64,000 nt of DNA from Eledone cirrhosa. Its lineage: Eukaryota. Where the stretch lies: the NCBI GenBank assembly GCA_964016885.1, contig OZ024761.1, positions 30,256,001 to 30,320,000 on the forward strand, given 5' to 3'. Position numbers and translations under genes: made by a program. The notes below the pieces were generated by a model. The model was not told the DNA's origin, did not search any database, and saw only the letters and a program-made list of their open reading frames with translations. Within the stretch, counting starts at the first letter, position 1, and every line of letters starts with the position of its first letter. This document shows positions 14,030 to 27,599 of the stretch, piece after piece.

Positions 14030-14755
14030 CCAAGCGTTTTTATCATTTGGCTTTTTGCTGAATTGCGGTGACTTTTGCATTCAGTTCTTTTGTGACCATT
14101 TTTTGGAATGTGGTCTTCGGCCTTTGTCTCTTGCGGCGACCTCCTCGTAGTTGATGTTGCAGAAGATACTCAACATGGAAGCTACTTATTGGATGCCGGA
14201 TTTGATGACCAATCTATGTCAATCTCCAGTTTCGAACCTGGGCATAGAGATGTGACTGTGAACATTTCTGCATTTGTTATGCGATTTTGGTATGTTACGC
14301 CACAAATGAAGCGCACACAATTTTAGTGAAATGTGTTCACTGTTCGTTTTTGTTTTTGCGTATGCACGATCCATATTTCGCAGCTATAAAGAAACACTGG
14401 CAGAGATAGTGTATTATATATCTGTAACTTCAGATGAATACTGATGCTCGCTTCCTAAATCTGTCGAAGGTCATTCATTGTCTTATAGGCTAATGCTCTC
14501 CTGTCAAGAAATGTCTTCCTCGCCTGTGCGATTACATTCTAAAAGCAGCAGCCCATCCCGAAGACGGCATTGAGCTCACATCCGGTATCGAGCTATCAAA
14601 CCTAGTATTTGCAGATGATATTGTTTTAATTGAGCCCTCAATACAGAAAGCACAAGATCATTTAAGTCGCATAATATAGGAAGCACAGACTGTTGGTCTG
14701 GAACTAAACGTCGCAAAAACTGAGTACATGTGTTTAAATATCGATAACGACATAT
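14030..14755. mobile_element. RTE-clade LINE fragment with internal inversion
   Basis: Minus strand to about 14545 encodes KLQIYNTLSLPVFLYSCEIW; plus strand 14560-14755 encodes LVFADDIVLI...GLELNVAKTEYM. Confidence 0.75.
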
Positions 14756-14917
14756 AAATGTGTGTGTATGTGCGAGGAACCTGTGAATCCAGAGTCAGGT
14801 CGATCCACACACAGATCGCACCTCGAGGTGTTCGCCGGGGAAACAGTTGTAACACACAATAAATTGAGTTCCGATGTATCACTGATTTTTCGTTTTCAAT
14901 TCTCTCTCTCTCTCTCT

Positions 14918-14955
<38 letters not shown>

Positions 14956-15124
14956 CTAATTGTGTGTATGTAATGTAAATATTGAATATATATATATATA
15001 TATATATTAGAAAGAGTTGGAGCCCAACGGCTGAGCTCTTGTCGTTTCGGCAGCTGGGACAATAGAGTATTTTCAACTACTCTATTGAACAATGGTATAA
15101 CTAGTTTAATACTGATTTAATCCT

Positions 15125-15156
<32 letters not shown>

Positions 15157-15231
15157 ACATAGGAAAATAGTCAGGACCCCGACGGCTGAGGTCCGGCCGT
15201 TTCGACAGCTAGGTCTGAACTAAGCCACCAC

Positions 15232-15262
<31 letters not shown>

Positions 15263-15446
15263 GAGATAAACACAGATACAAACATATATGTGTTCAAATC
15301 GTAAGGGACCAATTTGAACACATATATGTTTATATCTGTGTTTATCTTTCTTTTATATTCAATTATATTACACGGCTCAGAAAAACCTCTTTCTTTGAGC
15401 TATTTAATTGTAAGAGACTATTTTGAGTTTCTAACTCAATATATAC

Positions 15447-15502
<56 letters not shown>

Positions 15503-15504
<2 letters not shown>

Positions 15505-15834
15505 CAAAATAAAGATCCGAAGGCATGGTATAAATTTCCAATCATTTTAATCACGACACATGTTTCAATAAGAGATATATCGATCGTGTAGCCATGATCG
15601 ATTATCACTGATCACGTCAGGTGAAAATGAAAATCTCTTATTGAAACATGTGTCGTGATTAAAATGATTGGAAATTGATACCATGCCTTCGGATCTTTAT
15701 TTTGATACAAATACTCAGTTTTACATCATCTAGCTGTTCCCACAAATGGAATTGGAGATATACAAAAGCGTGGAGAACTTAATATTGCTAACAAAAATTT
15801 TATTGGACCATTTGACACAACCAATAATACACCT

Positions 15835-15838
<4 letters not shown>
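15503..15838 (+). mobile_element. Foldback element with an HHR 3' half
   Basis: Arms 15503-15576 and 15633-15706; GAAAC-ATGT-GTC; tail to about 15838; (TA)n on both sides. Confidence 0.72.
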
Positions 15839-15887
<49 letters not shown>

Positions 15888-15963
15888 CACATACATACAT
15901 ACATACATACATACACACATACATACATACATACATACATACATACATACATACATACATACA

Positions 15964-15994
<31 letters not shown>

Positions 15995-16561
15995 GTGTGT
16001 CTCTGTGTCCGTGTGTGTCTTTGTTTACAGTCTGTTTAGTTTATGTCCCTAACTTAACAGTTTCATAAAAAAGATTTTATACCTAAAAAAATAGCCACCG
16101 ATAAAATAAATACCAGTTTGGGAAAAAAAATAGAAATACGTGGTGTCGATATAATTGAATAAAATACCCTTCGAGATTGTGCCCCAGCATGGCCGCAATC
16201 CAATGACTGAAACCAGTAAAATAATTTTTTAAATTAACAGAATATGCAAAACGTATTTTTTTTATTTTTTTAATATATTTTTGACATATTTATTCACATA
16301 TTTTATTTTTATTGTAAATTACCATTTTTTTTTTTATGGTTTTTTAAATATTGTTTATTGCAAATATTACATTTTACACACTTCAATTTTAAAACGCTCA
16401 AAAAGTAAATATAATAAATTATAATAAATTATAATAAATTAAAAGAGAAATAATCACACCGCTTTTGATTTTAACTTTGCCAAAAAATTACAAAAAAATC
16501 CATATCGACTATTATAAAATTATAATTTATTCTCAGTGTTTACAGATCTTTATTCTACGGG

Positions 16562-16895
16562 AGAAACGATCTGTGTGTATATCTGATATCTATGGAACAT
16601 CATCAATGCGACTTTAGAGAAAGATATCCTATCTTAAAGAGTGATATATTTGTTGCACCTTTATAGAAAGAAGAGTGCGATATACTATGTCACCCTATAA
16701 ATTATATAACATATATCACTGTATATAACAACGATCTGTATGTATATCTGATATCTATGAGATATCATCCATGCGACTTTAAACAGAAAAGGAGTGAGAT
16801 ATCCTATTTCAACCTATAAAATATATCACACATATATTACTTTATATGACAACGATCTATATGTAAACAACTTATGGAATATCTATAACATAATC
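16562..16895. repeat. Degenerate direct repeat, about 3 copies
   Basis: AACGATCT(G/A)T...ATCTATG recurs at about 16566, 16730 and 16851. Confidence 0.6.
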
Positions 16896-18444
16896 TATAG
16901 GACTCGTGTGAGTATGTGTGTGAATATATATATATGTGTATGCGTGTGTATATATATATGTGTGTGTGTGAGAGTGTGTATGTATATATATGTGTGTGTG
17001 TGTGTGTATGTATGTGACTCGTAACACTTGATGGAGTCGTAAGGGCGCCGTAGTGGCATATATCTAGTACATAATATGGGTTTTTTATTGTTATTGTTGT
17101 TGTGGTTGTTGTTGTTGCTGCTGCTGCTTAAAGTTAGACGGTATCCCAGATACGAGACCGGATTAAGAAGAACTCTTCTATCCAAGAATCTAACATAACT
17201 CCATACATACTTATTTCTACAACATCCACAGAATTGGATTGGCAAATTTTAATGGAACACACAATTCATACTTAAATTTAAGTTGGAATCTAATTTAGGC
17301 CCTAGGCCAGAAATTTGATGGAAGATATATGTCGAGTAAATCGGCCCCAGTATTTTACTGGTACTTTATTTTATCAAGGTATTTCGGCGGATGATCCAAA
17401 ATCTAACGATTCTACCACTTCACCAAAGTATCGGGACTGGAACTTTATTTTCTCGACCCCCGAAGGGATGAAACCAAGAACGTTGACCTCGCCGGAATTT
17501 GAACTCAAGATGTCAAGAAAGGGACGTAACTATGTACCATATAGGTAGTTCATTCGAGGTTCATTCCAAACTGCAACAACAATAACAACAACAACAACTT
17601 GTATTTTTGGCATAGCATTAAATCTTTCTTTGCTTCTTTATTTTTTTCTTTCTTTCGACCATGCAATATAAATAAAAAGTAAAAGAAAACTGTCAAAAGG
17701 GATTGGGTGGAGTATGGAACGGGGAGGGGAGAGGCAGATGTGATGGTGTGGCATTAATTATCTTTTATAAAAGTTGGGAAGCAAGGAAAAGAAATACTTG
17801 CATCGTACGTGAAGTGAAGTGAAACTGAGAAGAAGAAAACAAAAAAACATCCCCCCCCCCCCCCAAAAAAAAACGGGTCTCAACCTTCGGGAGATTGAAA
17901 CCGCGGTCGTGTGAAACCCATTTCTGTTCGCTTAACCTTCTTGACGATCACGTAATCTTCTTTATTTTCTTTCTAAAGCTTTCGTCATACTTTCCAATGA
18001 GGAGGGGGGGAGAGGGAGTAGTTGTGGTGGTAGGGTGGCGGCGGTGGTGGTGCTGGTGGTGATGGTAACATCGTGGTGTAGGTTGGGTGGGCAAAATTAA
18101 AAGGTTCAGTTTAGTTGTCTCCCTTTTTTTGGTGGTGGTGGGGGGAGGGAGAGATTTTTTTTTTCGAAAGGACAAGAAAATGGTAAGGGTTCGTTGAATG
18201 TTTTGTGTAGGGGTTCTTTAGAGATAGAGATGGGGTTTCATTTGATTTTTAAATTTTATTTTTATGAAGGTATTTGAATGGCAACGGAGAAGAAAGAATT
18301 TGGGAACATAGGGAAACAAAATTATAGATTTAAAGGAAGCAGTTTGTAGGAACTGGGGGTAGAAAATGGAGGGTGATGCTTTTTTGTTTAATAGTTGCGG
18401 AAGTACGTGGCCGGACTGTGGGTGCGCGTTTCAAATTCTAAGTG

Positions 18445-18483
<39 letters not shown>

Positions 18484-18749
18484 TGTGTGTGTATATATGT
18501 ATATATATATGTATGTATATGTATATATGTATATATATATATATATGAATGTATAGGTGTGTATATGAATGTTTGTGTGTATATGTATATATATGTGTGT
18601 GTGTGTGTATGTATATATATGTGTGTGTATGTATATATATATATGTGTGTGTGTATGTATATATATGTGCGTGTATGTATATATATATATATATATGTAT
18701 ATGTGTGTATGTATATATATGTGCGTGTGTATGTATATATATGTGCGTG

Positions 18750-18794
<45 letters not shown>

Positions 18795-18871
18795 GTATAT
18801 TTATATGTATATATATATATATGTTTGTATACACATGTGTATATGTATATATGTGTTAGTGTATATATGTA

Positions 18872-18918
<47 letters not shown>

Positions 18919-19239
18919 TATTTTTTTGTATAGTAATGTTTTTCGTTCATTTATTTGATCTATCGATCTATATCTAACTGAAATGATAAATATATATCAA
19001 AAAATGTTTGCTAAATAAAAAAAATTGGGAAGTGGATGTATTTTTTTTTTTCTATCAAATTTTTATCTTTTTTTATTTAAAATTTTTCTTTTTTTTCTTT
19101 TTCTTTTCTTATTTTCGTGTTTTTTATTTTTTTTTTTAATAGTCATTTTTTTTTTTTTGTGGGTTGGGGGCTTGCCTCTGTGTTAGTTTATTTTTAAATT
19201 TTTTCATCAGACTTCAAATAAACAAACCTAAGAAACAAA

Positions 19240-20010
19240 TGTGGAAATTTCTGTTAGGTGTTGTTGAAGGCAACTTCTAAAAATATAAAATACCGAAAAC
19301 AACTTTTAAAAAAACAAAAACCGTTTTTAGACTATTTCGGAGAATTTGATAAGTTTTATTTATTTTTTTTTTGTTTTAGAATTTATAAGGCAGTTCATAT
19401 ATCCAGTGATACCCAAGACAACGTTTTTTTTTGTGTGTGCTCTTTTTGTTTTTTTAAAGAAATTGCAAGGCAACTTTTTGTGATTTTGTAAGGCAACTTT
19501 TTTGTGATTTATAAGGCAACTTCTGAGATTGTTGGAAGGCAATTTCAGTGAATGTGTGGAAGACAATCTTTAAAATATTTTATGGCAACATCTGAGGTTG
19601 GGGAGTGCAACATATGTCAATATATTGAAGGCAATTTCTGAGATTTTGGAAAAGAATTTATGCGAATATCCAAAGCACCCTTTGAAGAAATTGCAAGGCA
19701 ACTTTCAGATTTTATAAGGCACATTCTGGGATTGTGGAAGGAAAATTATGTGAATATATAAAAGAGAACCGTTTAAGATTTTTAAAATACAATTTCTGAG
19801 GTTTTTCAAGGCAAATTATATTAATATTTGGAAGGCAACTTCCGATACTTTGTAAGGCAACTTGTGAGATCGTGGAAAGCAATTTCTAAGATTGTGGAAG
19901 GCAACATATGTGACGACAGCCTGTAAGATTTTTTAAGACAACTTATGAAAGACAAGGTTTAAGATTTTGGTAAGCAACTTTTCAGACTATTGAAGACAAA
20001 TTCTGAAAGT
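19240..20010. repeat. Old degenerate tandem repeat built on AAGGCAA(C/T)TT
   Basis: Motif recurs many times at about 20-45-bp spacing. Confidence 0.65.
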
Positions 20011-21296
20011 TGCCGTTCACCCACCAGCCGCATGGCATCATCATCATCGTCATCATCTGCTGTTGCTATAACTACAGCCATAGATATTGCTAATTTTGTC
20101 ATTGCAGTAGAATGAAAGGCAGTGGCAATGAGCTGACGATAGTCTGTAAGCACAGAAATGCTGGCGGCGGCGGGCAAACAGGTAGTAAAATATTGGCTGT
20201 GACCAACCTGAACCTATCGTCTGCTTTCAATGAATTGGTGTTAGTAGAGCTGTCAATATATAGAAAAATATATTGCGAAAAATATATACTTTCGTATCTT
20301 TTATGATTTCTCTCTCTCTCTCTCGCTCTCTCTCTCATTCACTCTCTTTCACTCTCTCTCTCTCTCATTCACTCTCTTTCACTCTCTCTCTCTCTCTCTT
20401 ACTCACTCCCTTTCTCTCTCTTTCTCTTCTTCAGAATAATATGTAAAATTCCTTTAAATTCTTTGCCTTTCGTTCTCAGTTCTTTTTCGATATTAATTCC
20501 ATCCGAGGTATTTTTACAACAATGGAGGCTTATTTTCATTTTATTTTCTTTGCTGTTGCTCTTGTCGTTGTTGTTATTGTTATTTGTTATTTGTGTTGAT
20601 GATGATGTTTCAGTCATTGTACTGCGACCATGCTGGAGCACTGCCTTCATTTCGTCGATCATATATATCTACCCCAGTACTTATTCTTTTTTCTTACATG
20701 TCTGGTACTTATTTCATCGATTTATTTTTGTCGAACCGCTGTGTTACATTTTTCGTATTTAGGTAACTGCTTCCTTCTTATCGTTGTTGTTGTTGTGACT
20801 GTTGTTATGTTGTTGTGGCTCATGATGATGCTATAACTGTTGTGTTTGCGTTGTCGTTCTTGCTGTTGACATTACTGGTACATGTTGTTGTTGTTCTTTG
20901 CTGGACCTGGAACTTTATTCATCGCTTGCTTATTTTTATGATTCACCGTTTTTTTCCTTTGGTTAACAAAAGAATCTGACTTTATTTCTTCTTCCATTGT
21001 CAGCTTAACAGAATAAAGTTGTTGTCGTTGGCAACCATTAGCATCATCATCACCATCACCGTCATCATCACCATCGTCATCAACATAGTTAGTGATGTTG
21101 CCGTTGTTGTTCTTGTTATTAAGGTTGTTGTTGTTGATGTTGCTGTTGCTGTTGATGTCATCGTTGCTGTTGTTGTTGTTGTGTTTTTTATTATTTCAAT
21201 TAATTTATTCACTCATTCGTTCACTCGGTCGGTCGTTCGTTTGTTCGTTCGTTCGTTCGTTCGTTCTTTCGTTCGTCTCTTTTCTTTCATTCAACT

Positions 21297-21616
21297 CTAT
21301 TCCTTCGCTGTGTCGGCCTCGTGAATCGCTTCTTCAACCTGTTCTGGTTCAATCTCGTCATCACAGCCAATCAAATGCAAGCTGACATTCCAGAGACGTC
21401 TGGCCATTTCCCAGTCTCGAACCCTCTTCACATAGTTCACTGCCTGGTTGTTGATAAACAGTTTTCCGGCGTGGTCACGCACCTTGTCGGCGACTGCGCA
21501 ATAGACGATCGTCTGGCAACCTTGTTCGGGTGTCTTGAACAGGATACGAGACATGACTCGCAAGAAGTTTCCAGTCACACCTGGCCAGTTACGGAGAAGA
21601 TCGGTATTGACGGCTC
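21297..21616 (-). CDS. RDH-like SDR, coding exon 4 (terminal)
   Basis: Acceptor TTCCAG; (G)AVNTDLLRNW...FKTPEQGCQTIVYCAV...ARRLWNVS..., stop at 21297-21299; the four exons total 1071 nt = 356 aa plus stop. Confidence 0.95.
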
Positions 21617-21959
21617 CTGGAAGTAAATAAATACATTGATTATTATTTAACTAACTAATCATATGTGAGAAGAAGAAGAAGGTGATGATGATGAAAGGGG
21701 TAGGATAAGGAAGAAGAATACTATATATACATATCAAACTGAAATGACTTCTACATGACTAGTACTGTTTCATTCACTTGTGAAATTACCAGAGCTTTCC
21801 AGGGGATTACACAACCTAATTTCATTACAGTACTGTAGAATTGATTTCTATTTTAAATATATTATGTACACTCTCTACGTGATGTATTGAGTACTTTATT
21901 TAACTGTGCTCTCCTTTCATTTCTCAACAGAAAACTATCTATGTTGGGGGTGCCGTCTT

Positions 21960-22645
21960 CCCCAGGGTATGTCTTAGTATTCATAACCATTTGTCTGTCT
22001 CATTGCCTAACTAGCAAGAAATCAATCTGGTTTATGTACTCGCCTGATTGGTAGGTGATTAGGGGATTGGCAGTTTTGCTGAAGTTAGTGTTGCAAAGGG
22101 TTAGTTCACTTGCATCACAAAATTCAAGACTCCTCACTTCTTCTTATTTTCTTGAGCCATAACCACCGTGTACCCCAGTGTATCCATCCTGGAGCTGTCC
22201 AACATGGCCATTGAACTCACCTGCTAGTATGACTAGGTCTCTGTCCTCTGTTACTATGGTTGTCTGTAGAAGTTGCTCATAAAGCGGTCCTTCTCTTCTG
22301 TACCTAGGCTTGCTTGGGGAGCATATGTAGAGATAATTGTCAGCAGCCTATTGCCTACAACAAATCTAATCTTGATGATTATATTACTTACTCTAACTAC
22401 CTCTATTATCTTGTTAATCTAATTCTCGGACAGTAAAATGCCTACCCCACCTACCCCATCATCATTTCCTTCCAGAAAAGCTTATAACTAAGGTGTTTGC
22501 CTGTGATTAACCTTGCCGTGGCACCTCTCTATTACACCTCTTGCACACAGCACATATCCACATGTCTTCTCTCTAGTATCTCTACTATCTCACCAGATCT
22601 ACTTCTCAAAATGCCCACATTAAGTGTGGCAACCCTGAGATATGT
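21960..22645 (-). mobile_element. RTE-type LINE apurinic endonuclease fragment, in intron 3
   Basis: LRVATLNVG...DMCCVQE...GVGGVGILL...ISTYAPQ...AGEFNGHVG...QIDFLL, with stops. Confidence 0.85.
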
Positions 22646-22683
22646 CATCTTTTGTTGATTTTTATTTTTTCTCTGCAAGGAGA

Positions 22684-22900
22684 AATGTTTCTGATTTAGG
22701 CACAAGGCCAGTAATTTTGTGGAGGGGAAAGTCGAGTAAACCGACCCCAGTGTATGACTGGTACTTTATTCTATCAACCCTGTAAGGGTGAAAGGCAAAG
22801 CCAACCTTGGCCGGTTTCAAACTCAAAACATAAAGAGCTGTAACTCGATGCTGCGAAGCAGGGTATCTGACGCTCTACCAATACTGCCATTCCACTACCC
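22684..22900 (-). mobile_element. tRNA-SINE
   Basis: Diverged full-length reverse-complement copy. Confidence 0.8.
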
Positions 22901-23030
22901 TAATTAATAGGCTGAGTGAGTTGGGGTGTATAACCCAACCAACAAAACTTAAGTACCTGTATATGTCACTGTTGTAACTAATTATACTTAACTCATCCTT
23001 TTGGATATTTCCATCAAACTTGTACTACAG

Positions 23031-23076
<46 letters not shown>

Positions 23077-23230
23077 TATATATTATAGATAACGAGGAAT
23101 CAATAATGCATCAAACCACAATTTATTAACATATTGTATATGTTTCTCTGTCGATCAGCTGGAGGCAGGATCTGTTACAGATTGAACCTGACTCTGCATT
23201 CAAAGGTTCTTCAGATATATATATATATAT

Positions 23231-23603
23231 GGAGGAAGTTATAGTTCACTTGAAGCATTGTGTAATGAGGTATAAACGTTTGTAAATGTATAATAAAGCC
23301 AAAACAATGCAGGTATGGACATAGAATAAAGAATGCAAATGCAAAAGATATTGTTGACAATTAGTCTTTTACCTTAGATTTATTTAAATGTCCTTAATTT
23401 TCGAGATAATATCTCTTCTTCGGAGGGAAGTAAAGCGGTGAAACCAGTATTCTAAATAGCTTGCCTATCTCGAAAATTTAGGACATTTAAATAAATCTAA
23501 GGTAAAAGACTAATTGTCAACAATATCTTTTGCATTTGCATTCTTTATTCTATGTCCATACCTGCATTGTTTTGGCTTTATTATACATTTACAAACGTTT
23601 ATA
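23231..23603 (-). mobile_element. Foldback element (138-bp arms, 57-nt spacer, tail on left), in intron 3
   Basis: 23271-23408 and 23466-23603 are near-perfect inverted repeats between (TA)n tracts. Confidence 0.78.
23392..23426 (-). ncRNA. Minimal hammerhead candidate, CCGAAGA variant
   Basis: CCT-CCGAAGA-a-GAGAT att ATCTC-GAAA-AT-TA-AGG; loopless palindromic stem III. Confidence 0.5.
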
Positions 23604-23860
23604 TATATATATAAACATATATACACACACACATAGCTTAATCGGAAGCACAAATATTACACAATGTTCACTAACTATACAATTTATTTCATGCCAATAT
23701 TTTTCAGCATTACTGCAAAGCAAACACTGCTTTTGTTCAATTGTGCGCACAGCGAGGGAGGAGAGAGGGAGAGAGTCTGTTATTGAGAATATACTGAGGT
23801 AATTAGATAGATAAGCAGACAGATAGACAGGCGGATAGATAGATAGACAAACAGACGTAC

Positions 23861-24169
23861 CTGGGTGGACAGCAAATGACCAGATCACTTCTGAATAGTA
23901 GCGTCTGTGGAGTTCGAGAGTATGGATCGCCATAGCCATCTTACTGCGTGCATAGGCTTTGTAGATTCCGTAGCTTTCATGCATTGCCAGGTCGTTGAAG
24001 TCCAGTTTGCCGCTCTGGTAAGAATCCGAAATGACGTTAATGATACGGCTTGGTGCGTTCTTGTGCAGTTTGTCCACGAGCAGCTTGGTCAGATAGAAAT
24101 GTCCTAAGTAGTTAACCCCAAAGTTCTTCTCGATATGGTCGTTTGTCGTAGACTTAGGACCCATATAAG
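23861..24169 (-). CDS. RDH-like SDR, coding exon 3
   Basis: Acceptor CAACAG; (A)YMGPKSTT...FGVNYLGHFYLT...SRIINVIS...YARSK (catalytic YxxxK)...FAVHP; donor G|GTACGT; 309 nt. Confidence 0.95.
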
Positions 24170-24373
24170 CTGTTGGTTAGAAAGAAGAAGAAAATTTATG
24201 GAATTTATGGAATCGCCGACTTTCAGAAAGAAAATAAAAGAAGGAATAAAAGAAGGAATTTAAAATATATAAATGCAGTATACAAATATATATATATATA
24301 TACACACACATATAAAAAATATATCTATATATATATTTTTTTTTTCTTCCTCATAATCGTCTCTTTCTCCCTG

Positions 24374-24412
<39 letters not shown>

Positions 24413-24463
24413 TCTGAATTTGTTTAGCAAGATTCTTATTGGCAACATGACCCTCCCAAAGTA

Positions 24464-24520
<57 letters not shown>

Positions 24521-24802
24521 CGAAGGAGGTGTGGTAAGGAACCAGATGGAGTCCAGAAATAGCCGTCGAAACGGCTTGAGCTCTGCCGTCGTGGTCATAC
24601 ATTTTCCTATATATATATATATACATATATCCCCACTCTCATCAAGCGTGAAGCTAATAACACCATGTAACATTTACTCTTACGTTTGTTTATTTGTTAT
24701 TTCGAACTATATATATATATATATGTGTGTGTGTGTGAGTATATATATATATATGTGTGTGTGTGAGTGTGTATATATATATATATATACTACCAAAACT
24801 TG

Positions 24803-24842
<40 letters not shown>

Positions 24843-25165
24843 ATTTTATGGTAGGAATTTATCTGGTAGCTACAACTTGACAGAAACGAGATATTGTGGG
24901 CGATTGTGGCCTGATGGAGTTCGTTCTTTTAAAACCAGTATAGAGGGTCGGTTTTCATTTTAAACTTAGTGTGTTTTTGTCTACTTTAGACTTGTATTTT
25001 ATTGTTGGGTAGGGTTCTGTAAAGATTAAAGTTTAAGCCAAGAATCGGTGTTTTCACCTGTTTACGGGATCTTAGTTTTCACATTTATTATTACAACAGA
25101 TATATATATATATATAAATGAAAAGTATAGAAAATATTGTAGCAAGAAGCCAACAGTATTCCATA

Positions 25166-25196
<31 letters not shown>

Positions 25197-25376
25197 CCAA
25201 AATTAAAGTAAGGGTGTCATATCCGAAAGACATGCGCCATATCCACTCACTATTTGCCCTTAATGATATATATATATATATATTTATTTATTTATCAAGG
25301 CCAAATAGTGAGTCTTGTTACTCTGGATTTTCACAATATATATTAATAATAATATAAAAACCAAAATCCAAAGGGT

Positions 25377-25408
<32 letters not shown>

Positions 25409-25449
25409 CATGATGACTGCAAAATCATTTTCAAGTATTGCCATCGTTT

Positions 25450-25790
25450 AATGAAATGTTAAAAAATGTGAGGCACGAGTGTGGCTCTTCAAACCAGCCA
25501 AAGATTTGCATTCTCTGGTCTGTAGATTCCTCTGGGAGTTTCCACTGTTTGGTTCTGACTGTGCGTTCTCATATGCCTTTTAAGACCCCCCCCCCCCCTC
25601 CCATGCTAGCACATTTCATGCCACATTCCCTACACTATTTCAGATCATGCTGTTAGTAATCTACATGAGGTTTACTGATATGACTTTGTTCATGTCTTAT
25701 CAGACCAGCTTTGCTCAGGCAGATTCGACCACACCGCTGGCAAACCAGATGTCGCACAACAGTAGGCTGTTCAAAACAGTCCCTTTTTCT
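25450..25790 (-). mobile_element. LINE (probably RTE) C-terminal C2H2 zinc-finger remnant
   Basis: [40 protein letters not shown] and ECKSLAGLKSH, with stops and frameshifts. Confidence 0.65.
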
Positions 25791-25867
25791 CACCTTCTTT
25801 TCAGTATTTGTATTTTTTTATATATACATATATAATAACATATATATATATATATATACATATATTT

Positions 25868-25898
<31 letters not shown>

Positions 25899-26048
25899 CA
25901 CAAATACATACATACATACATATATATATATATATGTGTGTATATATATATACGTTCCGAAGAGATTGTTTTGGTAAAAACAGGAGCAAGCAGGAGAAAG
26001 CTCTCAACATTCATAATTTGTAGTTATGATGTAAAGTCAGTATAATAA

Positions 26049-26231
26049 TTGTTTCTACTATTGGCACAAGGCCAGCAATTACCCAGTACATTACTGGTAC
26101 TTTATTTTATTGACCCCGTAAGGATGAAAGGCAAAGTTAACCTCGGCGGGATTTGAACTCAGATCGTAAAGGGACGTAACTATGCTGGAAAGCATGTCCG
26201 ACCCTCTACCGATACTGCCAATCCACCGCCT
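26049..26231 (-). mobile_element. tRNA-SINE with target-site duplication
   Basis: Full-length copy flanked by AGTCAGTATAATAA (26035-26048 and 26236-26249). Confidence 0.88.
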
Positions 26232-26503
26232 GTATAGTCAGTATAATAACGTTAAGTAAGATGCTGATGTTACATAAATCGTTTATTCATTATGATTATT
26301 TGAATGGTTCTCCCATGCAATCAAGATGTAATTCATGTAATTGTTGTTGCTATGAGAACAGTATCCTCAGATGAATTTCGATTTTGCGATATGCTATATA
26401 TATATATATTTATACATGTGTGTTTATATACCATAATCCAGCTGTTCAACAACGAGAAAGTAGGGTTTAGGGGTTAGATACCAGTAATTAGTCCATTACC
26501 TAC

Positions 26504-26746
26504 CTGCATTGTTAATCAATACATGTAACTGTGGTTCATTATAACAAAACTCCTCAGCGAATTCTTTAACTGAGTGCAGGCTTGCCAGATCTAGTCTCAT
26601 GCAGAATATATTTGGGTTCAAAGTCTTCCTCTTGATTGTTCTAGCCACAGCATCTCCCCTTTTCATATCATGGCAGGCGAGTATCACTCGGGCTCCCCTC
26701 TTGGCTAGCTCAGTTGCCGTGCTACGACCGATACCGCTGTTTGCAC
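26504..26746 (-). CDS. RDH-like SDR, coding exon 2
   Basis: Acceptor TTTTCCAG; encodes (G)ANSGIGRSTATELAKRGARVILAC...LDLASLHSV...LHVLINNA, completing the TGxxxGIG Rossmann motif; donor G|GTAGGT; 243 nt, phase 1-1. Confidence 0.95.
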
Positions 26747-26799
26747 CTGGAAAAGAAAATATGAAAACATTAGGGTACGAACATGCTTCCCTTGAATTC

Positions 26800-27190
26800 T
26801 GTCTATCAGCTGAGGGAATAGAGTTATTTTGGGACCTGGAGATCAAGACTACAAAATTCAACACAACTGCCCTAATATTGTTGTTAAAACAAACAATCCC
26901 CCAAAATTGACTCTAATTGATATTGTGGTCCCTCAAGACTACAATGTGATTGAAAATATCAATATGTGTGAAGGCCTTGCAGATGTTATTAGAACTGATC
27001 ACCATGTAGAGACAGAAATCGTGGTAATCATCATTGGAGCACTAGGCACAGTCCCTAAACGCCTTATATCTTTCATCAAAATCCTTGGGATCCCCAACTT
27101 CATAGGAAGTGCCCAAATTTCTACCATAACAAACATTGCCAGAATTCTACATGATATATTGAGCATCTCAGATCAGGGACTGATCTGAGG
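26800..27190 (+). mobile_element. R4/Dong-like non-LTR retrotransposon restriction-like endonuclease fragment
   Basis: LFWDLEIKT...HNCPNIVV...LIDIVVP...IIIGALGTVPK resembles the C-terminal RLE domain. Confidence 0.7.
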
Positions 27191-27599
27191 ACAATTAATA
27201 TGCTTCACCTAGCAACGGATTGTTGGAGAAACTTTGGTATGGTATGGTCCCATAACTCCTGATAGAGTCATGGGGGCGGTGTATTGACATACGGCTTTCC
27301 TTGGGCATTTTAAATCTGGCAGAGCCCATCCCTCTCCAGGCCTGAATACAGCAGATCTCTTCCAGAGAAAGATAGAAAGTGAGAGTGAGAAGAAATCAGA
27401 AAGAGATATAGTGGAAGAATCGATCCCCATACTAGACTGGTATTTTTTTTATCGACCTTGAAAGGATGAAAGGCAAAGTTGACCTTGGCAGAGAGCCAGA
27501 TTGAATACCATAAAGCATTCTATCCAATGTTCTAATGATTTTGCCAATTCGCTGCCCTGGAGAAACTTTACAAAAGCCAAAACAAAATGATTATTTTGT

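Noticed and set aside
25450-25790. Host C2H2 zinc-finger gene exon
   Set aside because: Stops and frameshifts, no splice sites; fits a LINE C-terminus
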